From NCBI GenBank assembly GCA_934085595.1, contig CAKOHK010000006.1:12883-76882 (forward strand): a DNA stretch of 64,000 bases, in the 5' to 3' direction. The DNA comes from an uncultured Bacilli bacterium (GTDB lineage: Bacteria > Bacillota_I > Bacilli_A > RF39 > UBA660). Position numbers and translations under genes: made by a program. The notes under the pieces were generated by a model. The model worked only from the letters and a program-made list of their open reading frames with translations, did not search any database and was not told the DNA's origin. Below are positions 11,193 through 21,459 of this stretch, piece after piece. The stretch's first letter is position 1, and the number at the start of each line of letters is the position of its first letter.

Positions 11193-11873
11193 ATGAAAAA
11201 ATTAAATTATATTATTATCGGAGGAATATCATTAATATTAGGATTTATATTAAGTATATTAATATTTGACTATAAAAATAATCTAGAAAAACTTCCATTA
11301 CCAGAAGTAACATCAGGACAAAGAGGTACACTTGGAATAGATAAGAACATTAACGAAGAAACAATTGATAATTATTTAGGAAGAAGTGATAGTGTATATT
11401 ATGATATGAGAATGTTAAAAGACCCAGGAAATTATGAAGCTATTGGAGGAGATTCATATTTATCTGGAATAATAAAAGGTTTTGAAGTTTTACCATATCC
11501 ATACATTACTGAAGTAAAAGGTTTGCCAGAGGCAGTAGGGGACTCATACAAAGGAGAAACTTTATTTAGAGAAGAAAATGGAAAGTACATAGAAAACTAT
11601 AAAGAGTCATTGGAAATATTAGAATACTTTTTCCCTAAAGATAAAAACATATTCTTAATGTGTGGAGGAGGTGGATATGCCGGAATGGCAAAAAATCTTC
11701 TAGTATCTCTAGGATGGGATGAAAACAAAATATATAATGTAGGTGGTTACTGGTACTATAACGGTAAAAATAATATAAATATAAAAAGAATAACAGATAA
11801 TAAAACTACATATGACTTTTGGAAACTAACATACCATAATATTGATTTTAACTTATTAACAAAGGTAAATTAA
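11193..11873 (+). CDS. Membrane-anchored protein with a rhodanese-like domain
   Basis: N-terminal TM segment. YYDMRMLKDPGNYEAIGGDSYLSGIIKGF and NIFLMCGGGGYAGMAKNLLVSLGWDENKIYNVGGYWYY match the rhodanese (D-R ... C-x-x-G ... GG..W) pattern. Confidence 0.45.
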   Translation: MKKLNYIIIGGISLILGFILSILIFDYKNNLEKLPLPEVTSGQRGTLGIDKNINEETIDNYLGRSDSVYYDMRMLKDPGNYEAIGGDSYLSGIIKGFEVLPYPYITEVKGLPEAVGDSYKGETLFREENGKYIENYKESLEILEYFFPKDKNIFLMCGGGGYAGMAKNLLVSLGWDENKIYNVGGYWYYNGKNNINIKRITDNKTTYDFWKLTYHNIDFNLLTKVN

Positions 11874-11876
11874 TTC

Positions 11877-12323
11877 ATGAAGAAAATAATAATCATTATA
11901 TTAACAGTCATTCTATTAACTGGATGCGTAAATAAAACTGAAAAAATATATTTAAGTGATGAATATTATAACAATGGTTCTTTCATAACTTATACAAGTG
12001 AAGATTTATCTAGTTTAAAAGATAAAACTTATTTGTTATATACATATAATAATTACTGCTCACTACCAGTATCATGTGAAGAAATCTTTAAATCATTTAT
12101 GGAAAAATATAAAATAGATATAGTTCAAATACCATATGCTGAGTTTAAAAAGACAAAGTTTTATAGCACAGTAAAATATGCTCCAAGTATATTAATAATA
12201 CAAAATGATAAAGTAATTTCATACTTAGATCCAAATAAAGATGAAGACCTACCAAAATATCAAGATAAATCAAAGTTTGAAAATTATCTAAAAGAATATA
12301 TATATTTCACTAAAGAAAACTAA
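11877..12323 (+). CDS. Lipoprotein, function unknown
   Basis: Signal peptide with lipobox LLTGC. A terminator (gaaaac...gttttc + T8) follows near 12316-12345. Confidence 0.5.
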   Translation: MKKIIIIILTVILLTGCVNKTEKIYLSDEYYNNGSFITYTSEDLSSLKDKTYLLYTYNNYCSLPVSCEEIFKSFMEKYKIDIVQIPYAEFKKTKFYSTVKYAPSILIIQNDKVISYLDPNKDEDLPKYQDKSKFENYLKEYIYFTKEN

Positions 12324-12353
12324 TTAATGTTTTCTTTTTTTTATAAAAAAATA

Positions 12354-12382
12354 TTGACAAAAAACTATAACTGTCATACAAT
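12354..12382 (+). promoter_or_regulatory. Sigma-A-type promoter TTGACA-17-TACAAT for the ytrA-like operon
   Basis: TTGACA at 12354-12359, 17-nt spacer, TACAAT at 12377-12382; read directly. Confidence 0.55.
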
Positions 12383-12386
12383 ATCA

Positions 12387-12408
12387 TTGTATTAGTGAAG
12401 TAATACAA
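12387..12408 (+). promoter_or_regulatory. Perfect palindrome TTGTATTA-N6-TAATACAA, candidate GntR/YtrA autoregulatory operator
   Basis: 8-bp inverted arms with a 6-bp spacer immediately downstream of the -10 element and upstream of the GntR-family gene. Confidence 0.5.
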
Positions 12409-12423
12409 TGAAAGAGAGGTAAC

Positions 12424-12786
12424 ATGTCTGTAGATTTTAACAACAATACTCCAATATATTTACAATTATTAGAAAGTGTAAAGACAAGTATAATAAAAGG
12501 AGAATTAAAATGTGGAGATAAACTTCCGTCAGTAAGAGAATATGCAAATATGTATAAAGTAAATCCTAATACGATGCAAAAGGCCTTAATCGAATTAGAA
12601 GATTTAAAATTAATATACACAGAGAGAACTAATGGAAAATATGTAACAAATGATTCAAAAATAATTGAAAAAATAAAAGAAGACTATGCTAAAAAAATAA
12701 TAGATAATTACTTTGATAGTATGAAAAGTATTGGATTAGATGAAAAAGAAGCAATTAGTTACCTAAATAATAGAAAGGAAAAATAA
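12424..12786 (+). CDS. ytrA: GntR-family (YtrA subfamily) transcriptional regulator
   Basis: Winged HTH KLPSVREYANMYKVNPNTMQKALIELEDLKLIYTERTNGKYV. Short (120 aa) YtrA-type protein heading an ABC operon. Confidence 0.7.
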   Translation: MSVDFNNNTPIYLQLLESVKTSIIKGELKCGDKLPSVREYANMYKVNPNTMQKALIELEDLKLIYTERTNGKYVTNDSKIIEKIKEDYAKKIIDNYFDSMKSIGLDEKEAISYLNNRKEK

Positions 12787-12787
12787 A

Positions 12788-13483
12788 ATGGAATTATTAA
12801 CAATAAATAGTTTATATAAAAATTATGATAATAAACAAGTACTTAAAGATATAAACTTGAATATTAATAGTGGAAAAATAATAGGTCTTTTAGGCAAAAA
12901 CGGAACAGGTAAGACAACACTTATAAAACTAATTAACGACTTATTAACACCGACAAAAGGTACTATAAAGTTTAAAGGAAAAACAATAGGAGTTGACAGT
13001 AAAAAAAGAATATCTTATTTACCTGAAAGAACTTATTTAGATAAGAATATGAAAGTATCAGAAGTAATAAAATATTTTGAAGATTTTTATACAAACTTTG
13101 ATAGTAAAAAAGCAATAAAGTTATTAAAAGATTTAAAACTTGATATTAATCAAAAATTATCTAAAATGAGTAAAGGTATGCAAGAAAAAGTACAGTTAGT
13201 TCTAGTAATGTCAAGAAAAGCAGACCTATATATATTAGATGAACCACTAGGTGGAGTAGATCCTGCTACAAGAGATTATATATTAGATACAATATTAAAT
13301 AACTTTAATGAAAATGCAAGCATAATAATATCTACACACTTAATATCAGATATAGAAAGAATACTTGATGAAGTAATATTTATAGATGATGGAAAGATAA
13401 TATTACAAAGTGATGCAGATAGTCTTAGAACAAAAGAAAAAGCATCCATAGATGAAATCTTTAGGAGGAAGTTCAAATGTTAA
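12788..13483 (+). CDS. ABC transporter ATP-binding protein
   Basis: Walker A GLLGKNGTGKTTL, signature LSKMSKGMQEK, Walker B LYILDEP. Confidence 0.85.
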   Translation: MELLTINSLYKNYDNKQVLKDINLNINSGKIIGLLGKNGTGKTTLIKLINDLLTPTKGTIKFKGKTIGVDSKKRISYLPERTYLDKNMKVSEVIKYFEDFYTNFDSKKAIKLLKDLKLDINQKLSKMSKGMQEKVQLVLVMSRKADLYILDEPLGGVDPATRDYILDTILNNFNENASIIISTHLISDIERILDEVIFIDDGKIILQSDADSLRTKEKASIDEIFRRKFKC

Positions 13484-14265
13484 AAAAGTTACTAAAATAT
13501 GATTTAAAAAACATGCTTAAATCAATAAGCATATTCTATCTTTTATCTATAGTATTTGCTATAACTACAAGAATATTAGAAGGATTAAATGAAACAATAG
13601 TGGTTAATATCATAACTCAAATATCAATGGGAATTATGTTTTCAATGATAGCAAGCTCAATAATAAATACTTTAATGAGAAACTGGGTAAGATTCAAACA
13701 AACTATATATGGTGATGAATCATATTTAACTCATACTCTTCCGGTAACAAAGCATCAAATATTAACATCAAAATCATTATTATCAGCAATTAATTTATTA
13801 ATCACATTTATAGTATGTATAATATCGTTATTAATAGCTTTTTATACTAAAGATAATATCATGTATTTAAAAGATTTAACAACTGTAATATCTACATCTA
13901 TTGACATAAATCCTAAAGTATTTATAGTACTAGTATTTATGATATTATATTTAGAAGTATATAACATTATAATATCAGGATACTTAGGAATATTACTTGG
14001 ACATAAAAAAAGTAATAATAAAGTTGGATTTTCAGTACTATATGGATTCATAACTTACATATTAACACAATTAATAGTATTACTTTGTATATATATAATA
14101 GGTTTATTTAATCAAGATGTTATGAATGTTTTTACTTCAAATAACTTAAATTATTCAATAATAACACCATTAATATACACTTTTACATTAATATATATAG
14201 TTATAATATATATAGTAAATATAGTAAGTAATAAAGTTTTTAACAAAGGCGTTAACGTAGAATAA
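13477..14265 (+). CDS. ABC-2-type transporter permease
   Basis: Six predicted TM segments; overlaps the upstream ATPase gene (operon). Confidence 0.6.
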   Translation: MLKKLLKYDLKNMLKSISIFYLLSIVFAITTRILEGLNETIVVNIITQISMGIMFSMIASSIINTLMRNWVRFKQTIYGDESYLTHTLPVTKHQILTSKSLLSAINLLITFIVCIISLLIAFYTKDNIMYLKDLTTVISTSIDINPKVFIVLVFMILYLEVYNIIISGYLGILLGHKKSNNKVGFSVLYGFITYILTQLIVLLCIYIIGLFNQDVMNVFTSNNLNYSIITPLIYTFTLIYIVIIYIVNIVSNKVFNKGVNVE

Positions 14266-14562
14266 ATACTTAAGGGAAACATATGCTCAAAGAAAAGTAT
14301 TAAAATTATCAGGTGGAGAACAACAAAGAGTAGCCATTGCTAGAAACTTATCTTATAATCCTAAAATAATACTTGCTGATGAACCAACGGGAAACTTAGA
14401 TAAAGATACAGAAAATGATATATTAAAAATATTTAAAGAACTTGCTAAAAAAGATAATAAATGTATTATTATCGTAACTCATTCAGAAAATGTTTGTAAT
14501 CAAGTAGATGAAGTATTTGAACTAAAAAAAACTAAAGAAACTAAAAGAGGCTCTAAACAATA
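14264..14562 (+). pseudogene. 3' fragment of a second ABC ATPase gene (YtrE/MacB-like); N-terminal Walker A half missing
   Basis: Manual translation gives ...YAQRKVLKLSGGEQQRVAIARNLSYNPKIILADEPTGNLDKDTENDILKIFKELAKKDNKCIIIVTHSE...*. This is the ABC signature, Walker B and H-loop, but with no in-frame start and no Walker A upstream. A terminator hairpin agaggct...agcctct is near 14537-14575. Confidence 0.55.
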
Positions 14563-14568
14563 AAGCCT

Positions 14569-15246
14569 CTATTTTATTTCTAATTCACTATTATTAAATT
14601 CTTTATCAATAAGTTCTTCATGCATAACTTCTTCATAAGAATTAAGATATACATCTTCAATTCTATCAACTCTACATTTTTCTGCCTTTATAATAGCTTT
14701 AACTTTACTAACAGCTTCATCTAAATCATCATTAACAACAACATAATTATATTTTTTATAATAATTTATTTCATTATATGCAGTTTTAAATCTTTCTAAT
14801 ATTCTTTCTTTAGATTCCGTATTTCTATTTTCAAGTCTTCTTTTAAGTTCTTCCATAGAAGGTGGCATTATAAATATAAATAATGCAGATTTAACTAACT
14901 TTTGTACTTTAATAGCGCCTTGAATATCAATTACTAATATTACATCAATTCCATTATTTAAATACTCTTCTATTTTATCTTTAGGAGTACCATAATATTT
15001 ATTATTATGAACAGTAGCGTATTCTAAAAAATATCCTTTTTTAATTCTATCTTCAAACTCTTCTTTACTAACAAAATAATAATCAACTCCATCTTTTTCA
15101 TTTCCTCTAATTTCTCTTGAAGTCATAGAAATAGAAATCCAAATATTATCCATTTCATTTTTAACTCTATTACATATACTATCTTTTCCAGTACCACTAG
15201 GACCAGAAACTATAATAAGCATTCCTTTATTATTTTTTTTAATCAT
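14569..15246 (-). CDS. gmk: Guanylate kinase
   Basis: IIVSGPSGTGKDSICNRV P-loop and SMTSREIRGNEKDGVDYYFVSKEEFE...LEYATVHNNKYYGT motifs. The start at MIKK has RBS AAAGGAG; the ORF track start is 27 nt upstream. Confidence 0.8.
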   Translation of the reverse strand: MIKKNNKGMLIIVSGPSGTGKDSICNRVKNEMDNIWISISMTSREIRGNEKDGVDYYFVSKEEFEDRIKKGYFLEYATVHNNKYYGTPKDKIEEYLNNGIDVILVIDIQGAIKVQKLVKSALFIFIMPPSMEELKRRLENRNTESKERILERFKTAYNEINYYKKYNYVVVNDDLDEAVSKVKAIIKAEKCRVDRIEDVYLNSYEEVMHEELIDKEFNNSELEIK

Positions 15247-15342
15247 GATTTCTCCTTTTATATATATTAACATATACTTTACAAAATAAAAATACTCTTA
15301 TAAAAAAATATAGTATAATAAAATAAACTAAATGGAGGAAAA

Positions 15343-15642
15343 ATGAAAAGATTTAAAGTAGATGATAGTTATGAAAATAATGTACCACATAACATTTTAT
15401 TAAAAGGTGAAGAGTATTATAATGAGGAAAGAATACTTGATATATGGTATAAGAAAAAAGAGATAACATCTTATATTAGTGGAAATGAAATATATAGAGT
15501 TAAACTAAGTATTAAAAATAACAAAATAGATTATTGTACTTGTACTTGTCCATATTTTATAGGTAATAATGGTATATGTAAACATATAATAGCGGTTATA
15601 TATTATATTAAAGAAAACAAAATACCAAAATTAAAAGAATAA
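15343..15642 (+). CDS. Small SWIM-type zinc-finger protein
   Basis: CTCTCPYFIGNNGICKHIIAV = CxCx(n)CxH SWIM signature. Confidence 0.45.
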   Translation: MKRFKVDDSYENNVPHNILLKGEEYYNEERILDIWYKKKEITSYISGNEIYRVKLSIKNNKIDYCTCTCPYFIGNNGICKHIIAVIYYIKENKIPKLKE

Positions 15643-15652
15643 AAAAGAAGAA

Positions 15653-16459
15653 TTAACTTCTTTTATCAAACATACAAACCATCTTATACATACTTACAGA
15701 TATAATAATTAATATAACAATTCCACTCATAACCAAATCTAAATTAAATATTTGACTTCCATATAATATCAAATGACCAATACCAGCTTTAGATGTTAAA
15801 AACTCTCCCATAATAACGCCAATTAAACACATAGATATATTTATTTTAAGAGTACTAATTATAGTATTTTTATTACTTGGTAATATTACATTCATAAGTA
15901 TACTAAATCTAGAAGCACCATAACATTTTAATAATTTAATTTTATTTTCATCTGTATTTATAAATCCATTAAGTAAAGACTCAGTACTAACTATAATAGA
16001 TATTAATATCGCCATAGTTATAATAGCTTTAATATTAGCACCAGCCCATATTATTATAATAGGACCAAGAGCAACTTTAGGAAGAGAGTTTAATATAGTA
16101 AGATATGGATCAAATACTTTATATAGAAACTTACTATAACAAAGTATAATAGCAATTATAATAGATAAAACACCTGCAAGTATAAAAGAAATCATAGTTT
16201 CTTTTACAGTAATCCATATATGATATACCAAATTATTATCATTAAATAAAGATATTATAGTTTTAAATATTTTATAAGGACTACTAGTTATAAATGAGTT
16301 TATAATATTTTTATCAGCAAGCACTTGCCATAAGATAATAAATAATATAAGAATAAATATTTGAGTAAATAATACTAATATTTTATTATATTTAATTTTT
16401 TTTAAATATTTTAATTGTTCACTACTCATATCCATCAATTTCTTTCCATAATAAATCAA
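15653..16459 (-). CDS. ABC transporter permease (NitT/TauT/SsuC family)
   Basis: Polytopic membrane protein in an operon with ATPase and SBP genes. Confidence 0.7.
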   Translation of the reverse strand: MIYYGKKLMDMSSEQLKYLKKIKYNKILVLFTQIFILILFIILWQVLADKNIINSFITSSPYKIFKTIISLFNDNNLVYHIWITVKETMISFILAGVLSIIIAIILCYSKFLYKVFDPYLTILNSLPKVALGPIIIIWAGANIKAIITMAILISIIVSTESLLNGFINTDENKIKLLKCYGASRFSILMNVILPSNKNTIISTLKINISMCLIGVIMGEFLTSKAGIGHLILYGSQIFNLDLVMSGIVILIIISVSMYKMVCMFDKRS

Positions 16460-17177
16460 AATAATAACTAAACTCTGGTGCTTTTCTATTCATAGTTGGA
16501 CTACTTCTATTACTTAGATTTATTTCATATATATTTTTAATAATTGCAGGCCTATTTGATAAAACTATAATTTTATTAGAAAGTGAAATTGCTTCCGAAA
16601 GATCATGCGTTACCATAAGTACAGTTTTATTTTCTTCTTTAATAATTCTATAAACATCATCACTAACTTTTAACCTTGTTTGATAATCAAGAGCTGAAAA
16701 GGGTTCATCAAGAAGCAATATATCAGGTTTAGTAGCAAGAGTTCTAATTAAAGCAACTCTTTGTCTCATCCCACCAGATAAATTAGAAGGATATTTATCT
16801 TTAAACTCATATAAATTATATTTCTTAAGTAAATGAATTACATATTCTTTACTATCTTTATTTAATTTTTTACTTATTTTAAGACCAAGCAAAGCATTAT
16901 CAAGTATAGTAAGCCAAGGAAATAAAGTATCATTTTGAAACATATAAGATACATTAATATTATCTTTAATTATAACATTACCATCATAATCATTATCAAG
17001 ATTAGAAATTATATTAAGTATAGAACTTTTACCACATCCAGAAGGACCAACTATACATATAAAATCCCCTTTATTAATATCAAAAGATATATTATTTATA
17101 GCTTTAGTTTCTCCACTTAAAGTATGATATGTTTTAGAAAGATTATATACACTCAAAATACTATTTGTTAAACTCAT
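16422..17177 (-). CDS. ABC transporter ATP-binding protein (SsuB/TauB-like)
   Basis: IVGPSGCGKSS Walker A; LSGGMRQRVALIRTL signature; LLLDEPFSALD Walker B. Confidence 0.85.
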   Translation of the reverse strand: MSLTNSILSVYNLSKTYHTLSGETKAINNISFDINKGDFICIVGPSGCGKSSILNIISNLDNDYDGNVIIKDNINVSYMFQNDTLFPWLTILDNALLGLKISKKLNKDSKEYVIHLLKKYNLYEFKDKYPSNLSGGMRQRVALIRTLATKPDILLLDEPFSALDYQTRLKVSDDVYRIIKEENKTVLMVTHDLSEAISLSNKIIVLSNRPAIIKNIYEINLSNRSSPTMNRKAPEFSYYFDLLWKEIDGYE

Positions 17178-18150
17178 TAGTTATTAGTAGAGTATTATCT
17201 ATTTTATTATTAATACTTTTTCCATATAATAATACATCTTGTAATCTATCAAAATCTTCTATTTTTATATAAGTACTATCATACCAAGAATCAGCATCTT
17301 TATATCTTTTAACAAGTAAAGTAAGATCATCTTTATTCATATCACTAAATTGATTAATAATCGCATCAGCTATATCTTTTTCATTATTATTTAAAACAAA
17401 TCTTATACCTTTATTAAGTGCTTTATTAAATCTCTTAATTAAATCTTTATTATTATTAATATAATCTTCTTTAGCATAGAAAGTTGTATAAGGAACTTCT
17501 CCAGATAAATTACCAAGTGAAGCTAAAACACAACCACTCTTAGACTGTTCAACTTTCAAAGCATTAGGTTCAAATAAATTAACAAAGTCTCCTTGACCAC
17601 TCATATAAGCACCAGCAAGACTAGCAAAATCAACAGAAGAATCGATATTAACTTTATTATAATCTACATTAGATTCTTTTAAAGCATACATAAACATCAT
17701 AAGAGGCATACCAGCAGTTCTACCAGCAAGAACTTTTTTACCTTTAAGCATATTCATATTAAACTTATCTTTAAGTGCGCAGTCACCTACTATAAATTGA
17801 CCATCTCTTTTAGTAAGTGAAGCAAATGTAATAAGTTTCATTTTAGAATTATTGTAAACATAGATAGTTGCTTCAGGTCCACTAAACCCTATATTAGCAT
17901 CTCCAGAAATAACAGAAGTAGCAACCTTATCAGCACCAAGAGTAAGTACTAAATCAATATCAATTCCTTCGTCTTTAAAATAACCTTTTTCAATACTAAC
18001 ATAAAGTGGACTATAAAATATTGAATGTGTAACCTCAGATAAAACAACAGTATCTAGTTTACTATCATTATGTTTTTCTTTATATGTATAAAACATAGTA
18101 ATACAAATCAATATAATAGTAGCACTACATACAAGTATAAATTTCTTCAT
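17161..18150 (-). CDS. ABC transporter substrate-binding protein (NMT1/SsuA-like)
   Basis: N-terminal membrane anchor/signal, periplasmic-binding-like domain, first gene of the 3-gene ABC operon. No TPP riboswitch motifs in the 5' leader. Confidence 0.65.
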   Translation of the reverse strand: MKKFILVCSATIILICITMFYTYKEKHNDSKLDTVVLSEVTHSIFYSPLYVSIEKGYFKDEGIDIDLVLTLGADKVATSVISGDANIGFSGPEATIYVYNNSKMKLITFASLTKRDGQFIVGDCALKDKFNMNMLKGKKVLAGRTAGMPLMMFMYALKESNVDYNKVNIDSSVDFASLAGAYMSGQGDFVNLFEPNALKVEQSKSGCVLASLGNLSGEVPYTTFYAKEDYINNNKDLIKRFNKALNKGIRFVLNNNEKDIADAIINQFSDMNKDDLTLLVKRYKDADSWYDSTYIKIEDFDRLQDVLLYGKSINNKIDNTLLITNEFNK

Positions 18151-18228
18151 AAATCACTCTCTCTTTCAAAGTATTATATTCAAAATACATATAAAAGTGT
18201 TTTACATGTCATTTCTTTTACATTTTAT

Positions 18229-18257
18229 TTGACAACTAGTATTGACTTTGATATAAA
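18229..18257 (+). promoter_or_regulatory. Sigma-A-type promoter TTGACA-17-TATAAA upstream of 18296 gene
   Basis: Read directly from sequence. Confidence 0.45.
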
Positions 18258-18295
18258 TAAATTATATAATTTATGCAGAAAAGGAGACAAAGAAT

Positions 18296-18658
18296 ATGTT
18301 AAACTTAATAAACTTTTTAGATACTATCGATAATACACAAGAGTTATGTGATAGTTTAAGACCAGTACTTAGATTAGTAGGATATGTATTATTATTAATA
18401 AAAATTGCTGTACCTATTATTTTAATAGTTGTTGGTGTAGTTGATTTAATGAATGCAGTATCTCAAAAGAAAGATGATGATATTAAAAAAGCTCAACAAT
18501 TATTAGTTAAAAGAATTGTGGCAGCAGTTATGGTATTCTTAGTAGCAACTTTAGTATCAGTAGTAATGAGATTAGTAGGAAATACTTCATATACTAAGTG
18601 TATGGATTGTATAGATCATCCAACAAGTTGTACAGTAGATGAAGATACAGGAGATTAA
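18296..18658 (+). CDS. Small membrane protein, unknown function
   Basis: Two hydrophobic segments. A terminator (agaagtag...ctacttct + T-run) follows near 18672-18700. Confidence 0.4.
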   Translation: MLNLINFLDTIDNTQELCDSLRPVLRLVGYVLLLIKIAVPIILIVVGVVDLMNAVSQKKDDDIKKAQQLLVKRIVAAVMVFLVATLVSVVMRLVGNTSYTKCMDCIDHPTSCTVDEDTGD

Positions 18659-18738
18659 TAAAATTAACTAGAAGTAGTAACTACTTCTTTTTATTTGAAA
18701 AAAAATATATATAGTGTTATAATCTTACTGAGGGAATT

Positions 18739-20793
18739 ATGAAAAAAGAAATAAAAAATAAAGTAAATAAAATAATAAAAAGTATAGCTAAGTTTCTTAA
18801 AAAATATGCTTCAACTAACATATTATTTTTGTCTTATGTAATATTATCAGTATTAGTTGGACTTAGCTTAAGATGGGCAACAATAGGTAATAAATATATA
18901 TTCAAGCCAATTTTCTGTGATATAGCAGTAGCATTATTAATCGGAGCATTTGGATATTTATTCAAACCAAAATACCAATTTAGATATTTTTTCTCATGGT
19001 TATTTTTTGCAGTAGCACTAGCAATAGCAAATACTATTTACTATCAATTTTTTAAATCATTCATATCAGTTAATTTAATATCAACCGCATCAATGATAGG
19101 TGAAGTAAATGATTCACTATTTGAAAAAATGCATTTTTACCAATTTTTATATTTAATATATCTATTTATATTCATATTCATACATAAAAAACTATCGAAA
19201 AAGAATTATTATTTTGAAGTTGAAAAAATAGAAAAAGGAAAGAGAATGTTTACATACACACTAGCGTCTTCTGGAATTATAGTATTACTTTTATCTATAA
19301 CTTTAACTGGTACTGATTTAAGTAGATTAATAAAACAATGGAATAGAGATTATGTTGTACAAAAGTTTGGACTTTATGTTTACACTATAAATGATATGGT
19401 TCAAAGTATGCAGCCTAAGATAGATACATTATTTGGATATGATGAATCAGCTAAAACATTTAGAGAATATTATTCATGCAGATGGGAAAATGAAAATAAA
19501 AAGAAAAATGAATATACAGACATATTTAAAGGTAAAAATTTAGTATTTATTCATATGGAAAGTATGCAAAACTTCTTACTTGATTTAGAGTTTAATGGAG
19601 AAAAAGTAACTCCAAATATAAATAGATTAGCAAGTGAAGGAATATATTTTTCAAGATTCTACCCACAAATAAGTACAGGAACATCTTCTGATACAGAGTT
19701 TACACTATTAACTGGTTTAATGCCATCAGCAAGTGGTACAGTATTTGTAAACTATTATGATAGAGATTATAAGTCAATGCCTAAATATTTTGATGATTTA
19801 GGATATTATACATTCAGTATGCATGCAAATAACGCAGAATATTGGAATAGAAAAACAATGCATAATAGCCTTGGATATAAAGAGTTTTATGCAAAAGATA
19901 GATATGAAGTACCGACAGATACAAAAGATCCAAATTATGTAGGCTTGGGTCTATCAGATAAATCATTCTTTAAACAAATATTACCAATATTAAATGATAT
20001 AAATGATACAAAATCTCCATACTTTGGAACAATTATTACGCTTTCGAATCACTCACCATTTAATTCGCTTGATAAATATGATCCAATAGATGTAACAATG
20101 AAATACACAGAATTAAATGAAAATGGTGAAGAGGAAGAAAAAACAGCAAAATATATAGATGGCACTCCAATGGGTAACTATGTAAAATCAGCACACTATG
20201 CAGATGCCGCACTAGGACAATTCTTTGAAGATGTCGAAAATGGTTCCTTTGCAGATGACACAGTATTCATTCTATATGGAGATCACGAAGCAAGACTTGC
20301 TAAAAGTCAATTCGATTTATTATATAATTACGACCCTAAAACAAATGAGAGAATACCAGAAGATGATGAAAACTATTACAGTTTAGATAATTATAAATAT
20401 GACCTATTAAAAAATACACCATTAATTATATGGACAAAAGACAAAAAGTTCCAAAAAGAAATAACAGATGTAATGGGAATGTATGATATTTTGCCAACAG
20501 TTGCTAATATGTTTGGCTTTGAAGAAAAATACGCTTTAGGACATGATATATTTAGCGATAATGAAAAAATAGTGGTATTTCCAAATGGGAATGTATTAAC
20601 AAATAAAGTATATTATAGTAACTTAAATAATAATTATGTAGTACTAACTGATGAAACTATAGATGAAGATTATATAACAAGAATATCTTCAAATGCCGAA
20701 AAAATATTAGATGTATCAAATGGGATAATTAGACACGATTTAATAAAAAAAGAAGCAGATAAGATAGGAGAATGTAATAGTGAAGAAAAATAA
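18739..20793 (+). CDS. ltaS: LtaS-family polyglycerolphosphate lipoteichoic acid synthase / sulfatase-like membrane protein
   Basis: Five N-terminal TM helices, then an extracellular sulfatase-fold domain with the GTSSDTEFTLLTGL, LSNHSPF and YGDHE motifs typical of LtaS/MdoB. Confidence 0.75.
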   Translation: MKKEIKNKVNKIIKSIAKFLKKYASTNILFLSYVILSVLVGLSLRWATIGNKYIFKPIFCDIAVALLIGAFGYLFKPKYQFRYFFSWLFFAVALAIANTIYYQFFKSFISVNLISTASMIGEVNDSLFEKMHFYQFLYLIYLFIFIFIHKKLSKKNYYFEVEKIEKGKRMFTYTLASSGIIVLLLSITLTGTDLSRLIKQWNRDYVVQKFGLYVYTINDMVQSMQPKIDTLFGYDESAKTFREYYSCRWENENKKKNEYTDIFKGKNLVFIHMESMQNFLLDLEFNGEKVTPNINRLASEGIYFSRFYPQISTGTSSDTEFTLLTGLMPSASGTVFVNYYDRDYKSMPKYFDDLGYYTFSMHANNAEYWNRKTMHNSLGYKEFYAKDRYEVPTDTKDPNYVGLGLSDKSFFKQILPILNDINDTKSPYFGTIITLSNHSPFNSLDKYDPIDVTMKYTELNENGEEEEKTAKYIDGTPMGNYVKSAHYADAALGQFFEDVENGSFADDTVFILYGDHEARLAKSQFDLLYNYDPKTNERIPEDDENYYSLDNYKYDLLKNTPLIIWTKDKKFQKEITDVMGMYDILPTVANMFGFEEKYALGHDIFSDNEKIVVFPNGNVLTNKVYYSNLNNNYVVLTDETIDEDYITRISSNAEKILDVSNGIIRHDLIKKEADKIGECNSEEK

Positions 20794-21385
20794 AAAAGTA
20801 CTAGCACTACTAATACTAATAGGGGTTATATTATTTGGATATTTAATATTTAGAGTACGCAATGATTTCTTTAAAAAACAAGATAAAACAGTAGTAGATT
20901 CAATAGGATTATATGGATACACACTAGAAAAGACAGATACAAAACTTTATGAAAACTATTTTAAAGAATTAAGTAAAATATTAAATGAAAAAACTATTGA
21001 TTATGAAAAATATGCAGAATACTTATCAAAATTATTCATAGTAGATACCTTTACATTAAATAATAAACTAGCATCAACAGATATAGGTGGAACTGAATTT
21101 ATACATCCAGACTTAAAAGAAAACTTCAAAGAAAATATGGGCAACAATATGTATAGGAATATAGAAGTAAACTTAGACGGAAAAAGACAGCAAGAATTAC
21201 CTATAGTTAAAGATGTTACAATAGACACTATTAAAGAAGACAAAGTAAAATATAATGATAAAGAATATGATGGATATATTATAAAAGCAAATATAGAATA
21301 TGAAAAAGACTTAGGATATCAAACAGAGATAGAACTAACAATTATAAAAGATGACAAAATATTATACATAATCAAAGGAAAGTAA
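20780..21385 (+). CDS. Membrane-anchored hypothetical protein
   Basis: N-terminal TM helix. A terminator (ctagttata...tataactag + T7) follows near 21383-21418. Confidence 0.45.
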   Translation: MKKNKKVLALLILIGVILFGYLIFRVRNDFFKKQDKTVVDSIGLYGYTLEKTDTKLYENYFKELSKILNEKTIDYEKYAEYLSKLFIVDTFTLNNKLASTDIGGTEFIHPDLKENFKENMGNNMYRNIEVNLDGKRQQELPIVKDVTIDTIKEDKVKYNDKEYDGYIIKANIEYEKDLGYQTEIELTIIKDDKILYIIKGK

Positions 21386-21459
21386 CTAGTTATAAAAAGT
21401 TAATATAACTAGTTTTTTTAACGAAAAAATTATGTTATAATCATAATAGGAGAAATATT

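Noticed and set aside
18151-18295. Possible TPP riboswitch in the 5' leader of the NMT1/THI5-like ABC substrate-binding protein operon (minus strand)
   Set aside because: The reverse-complemented leader lacks the CUGAGA and GGGG/ACCUGAUCUGGAUAAUGCCAGCG-type conserved TPP elements. It is only ~100 nt of AT-rich sequence with an RBS.
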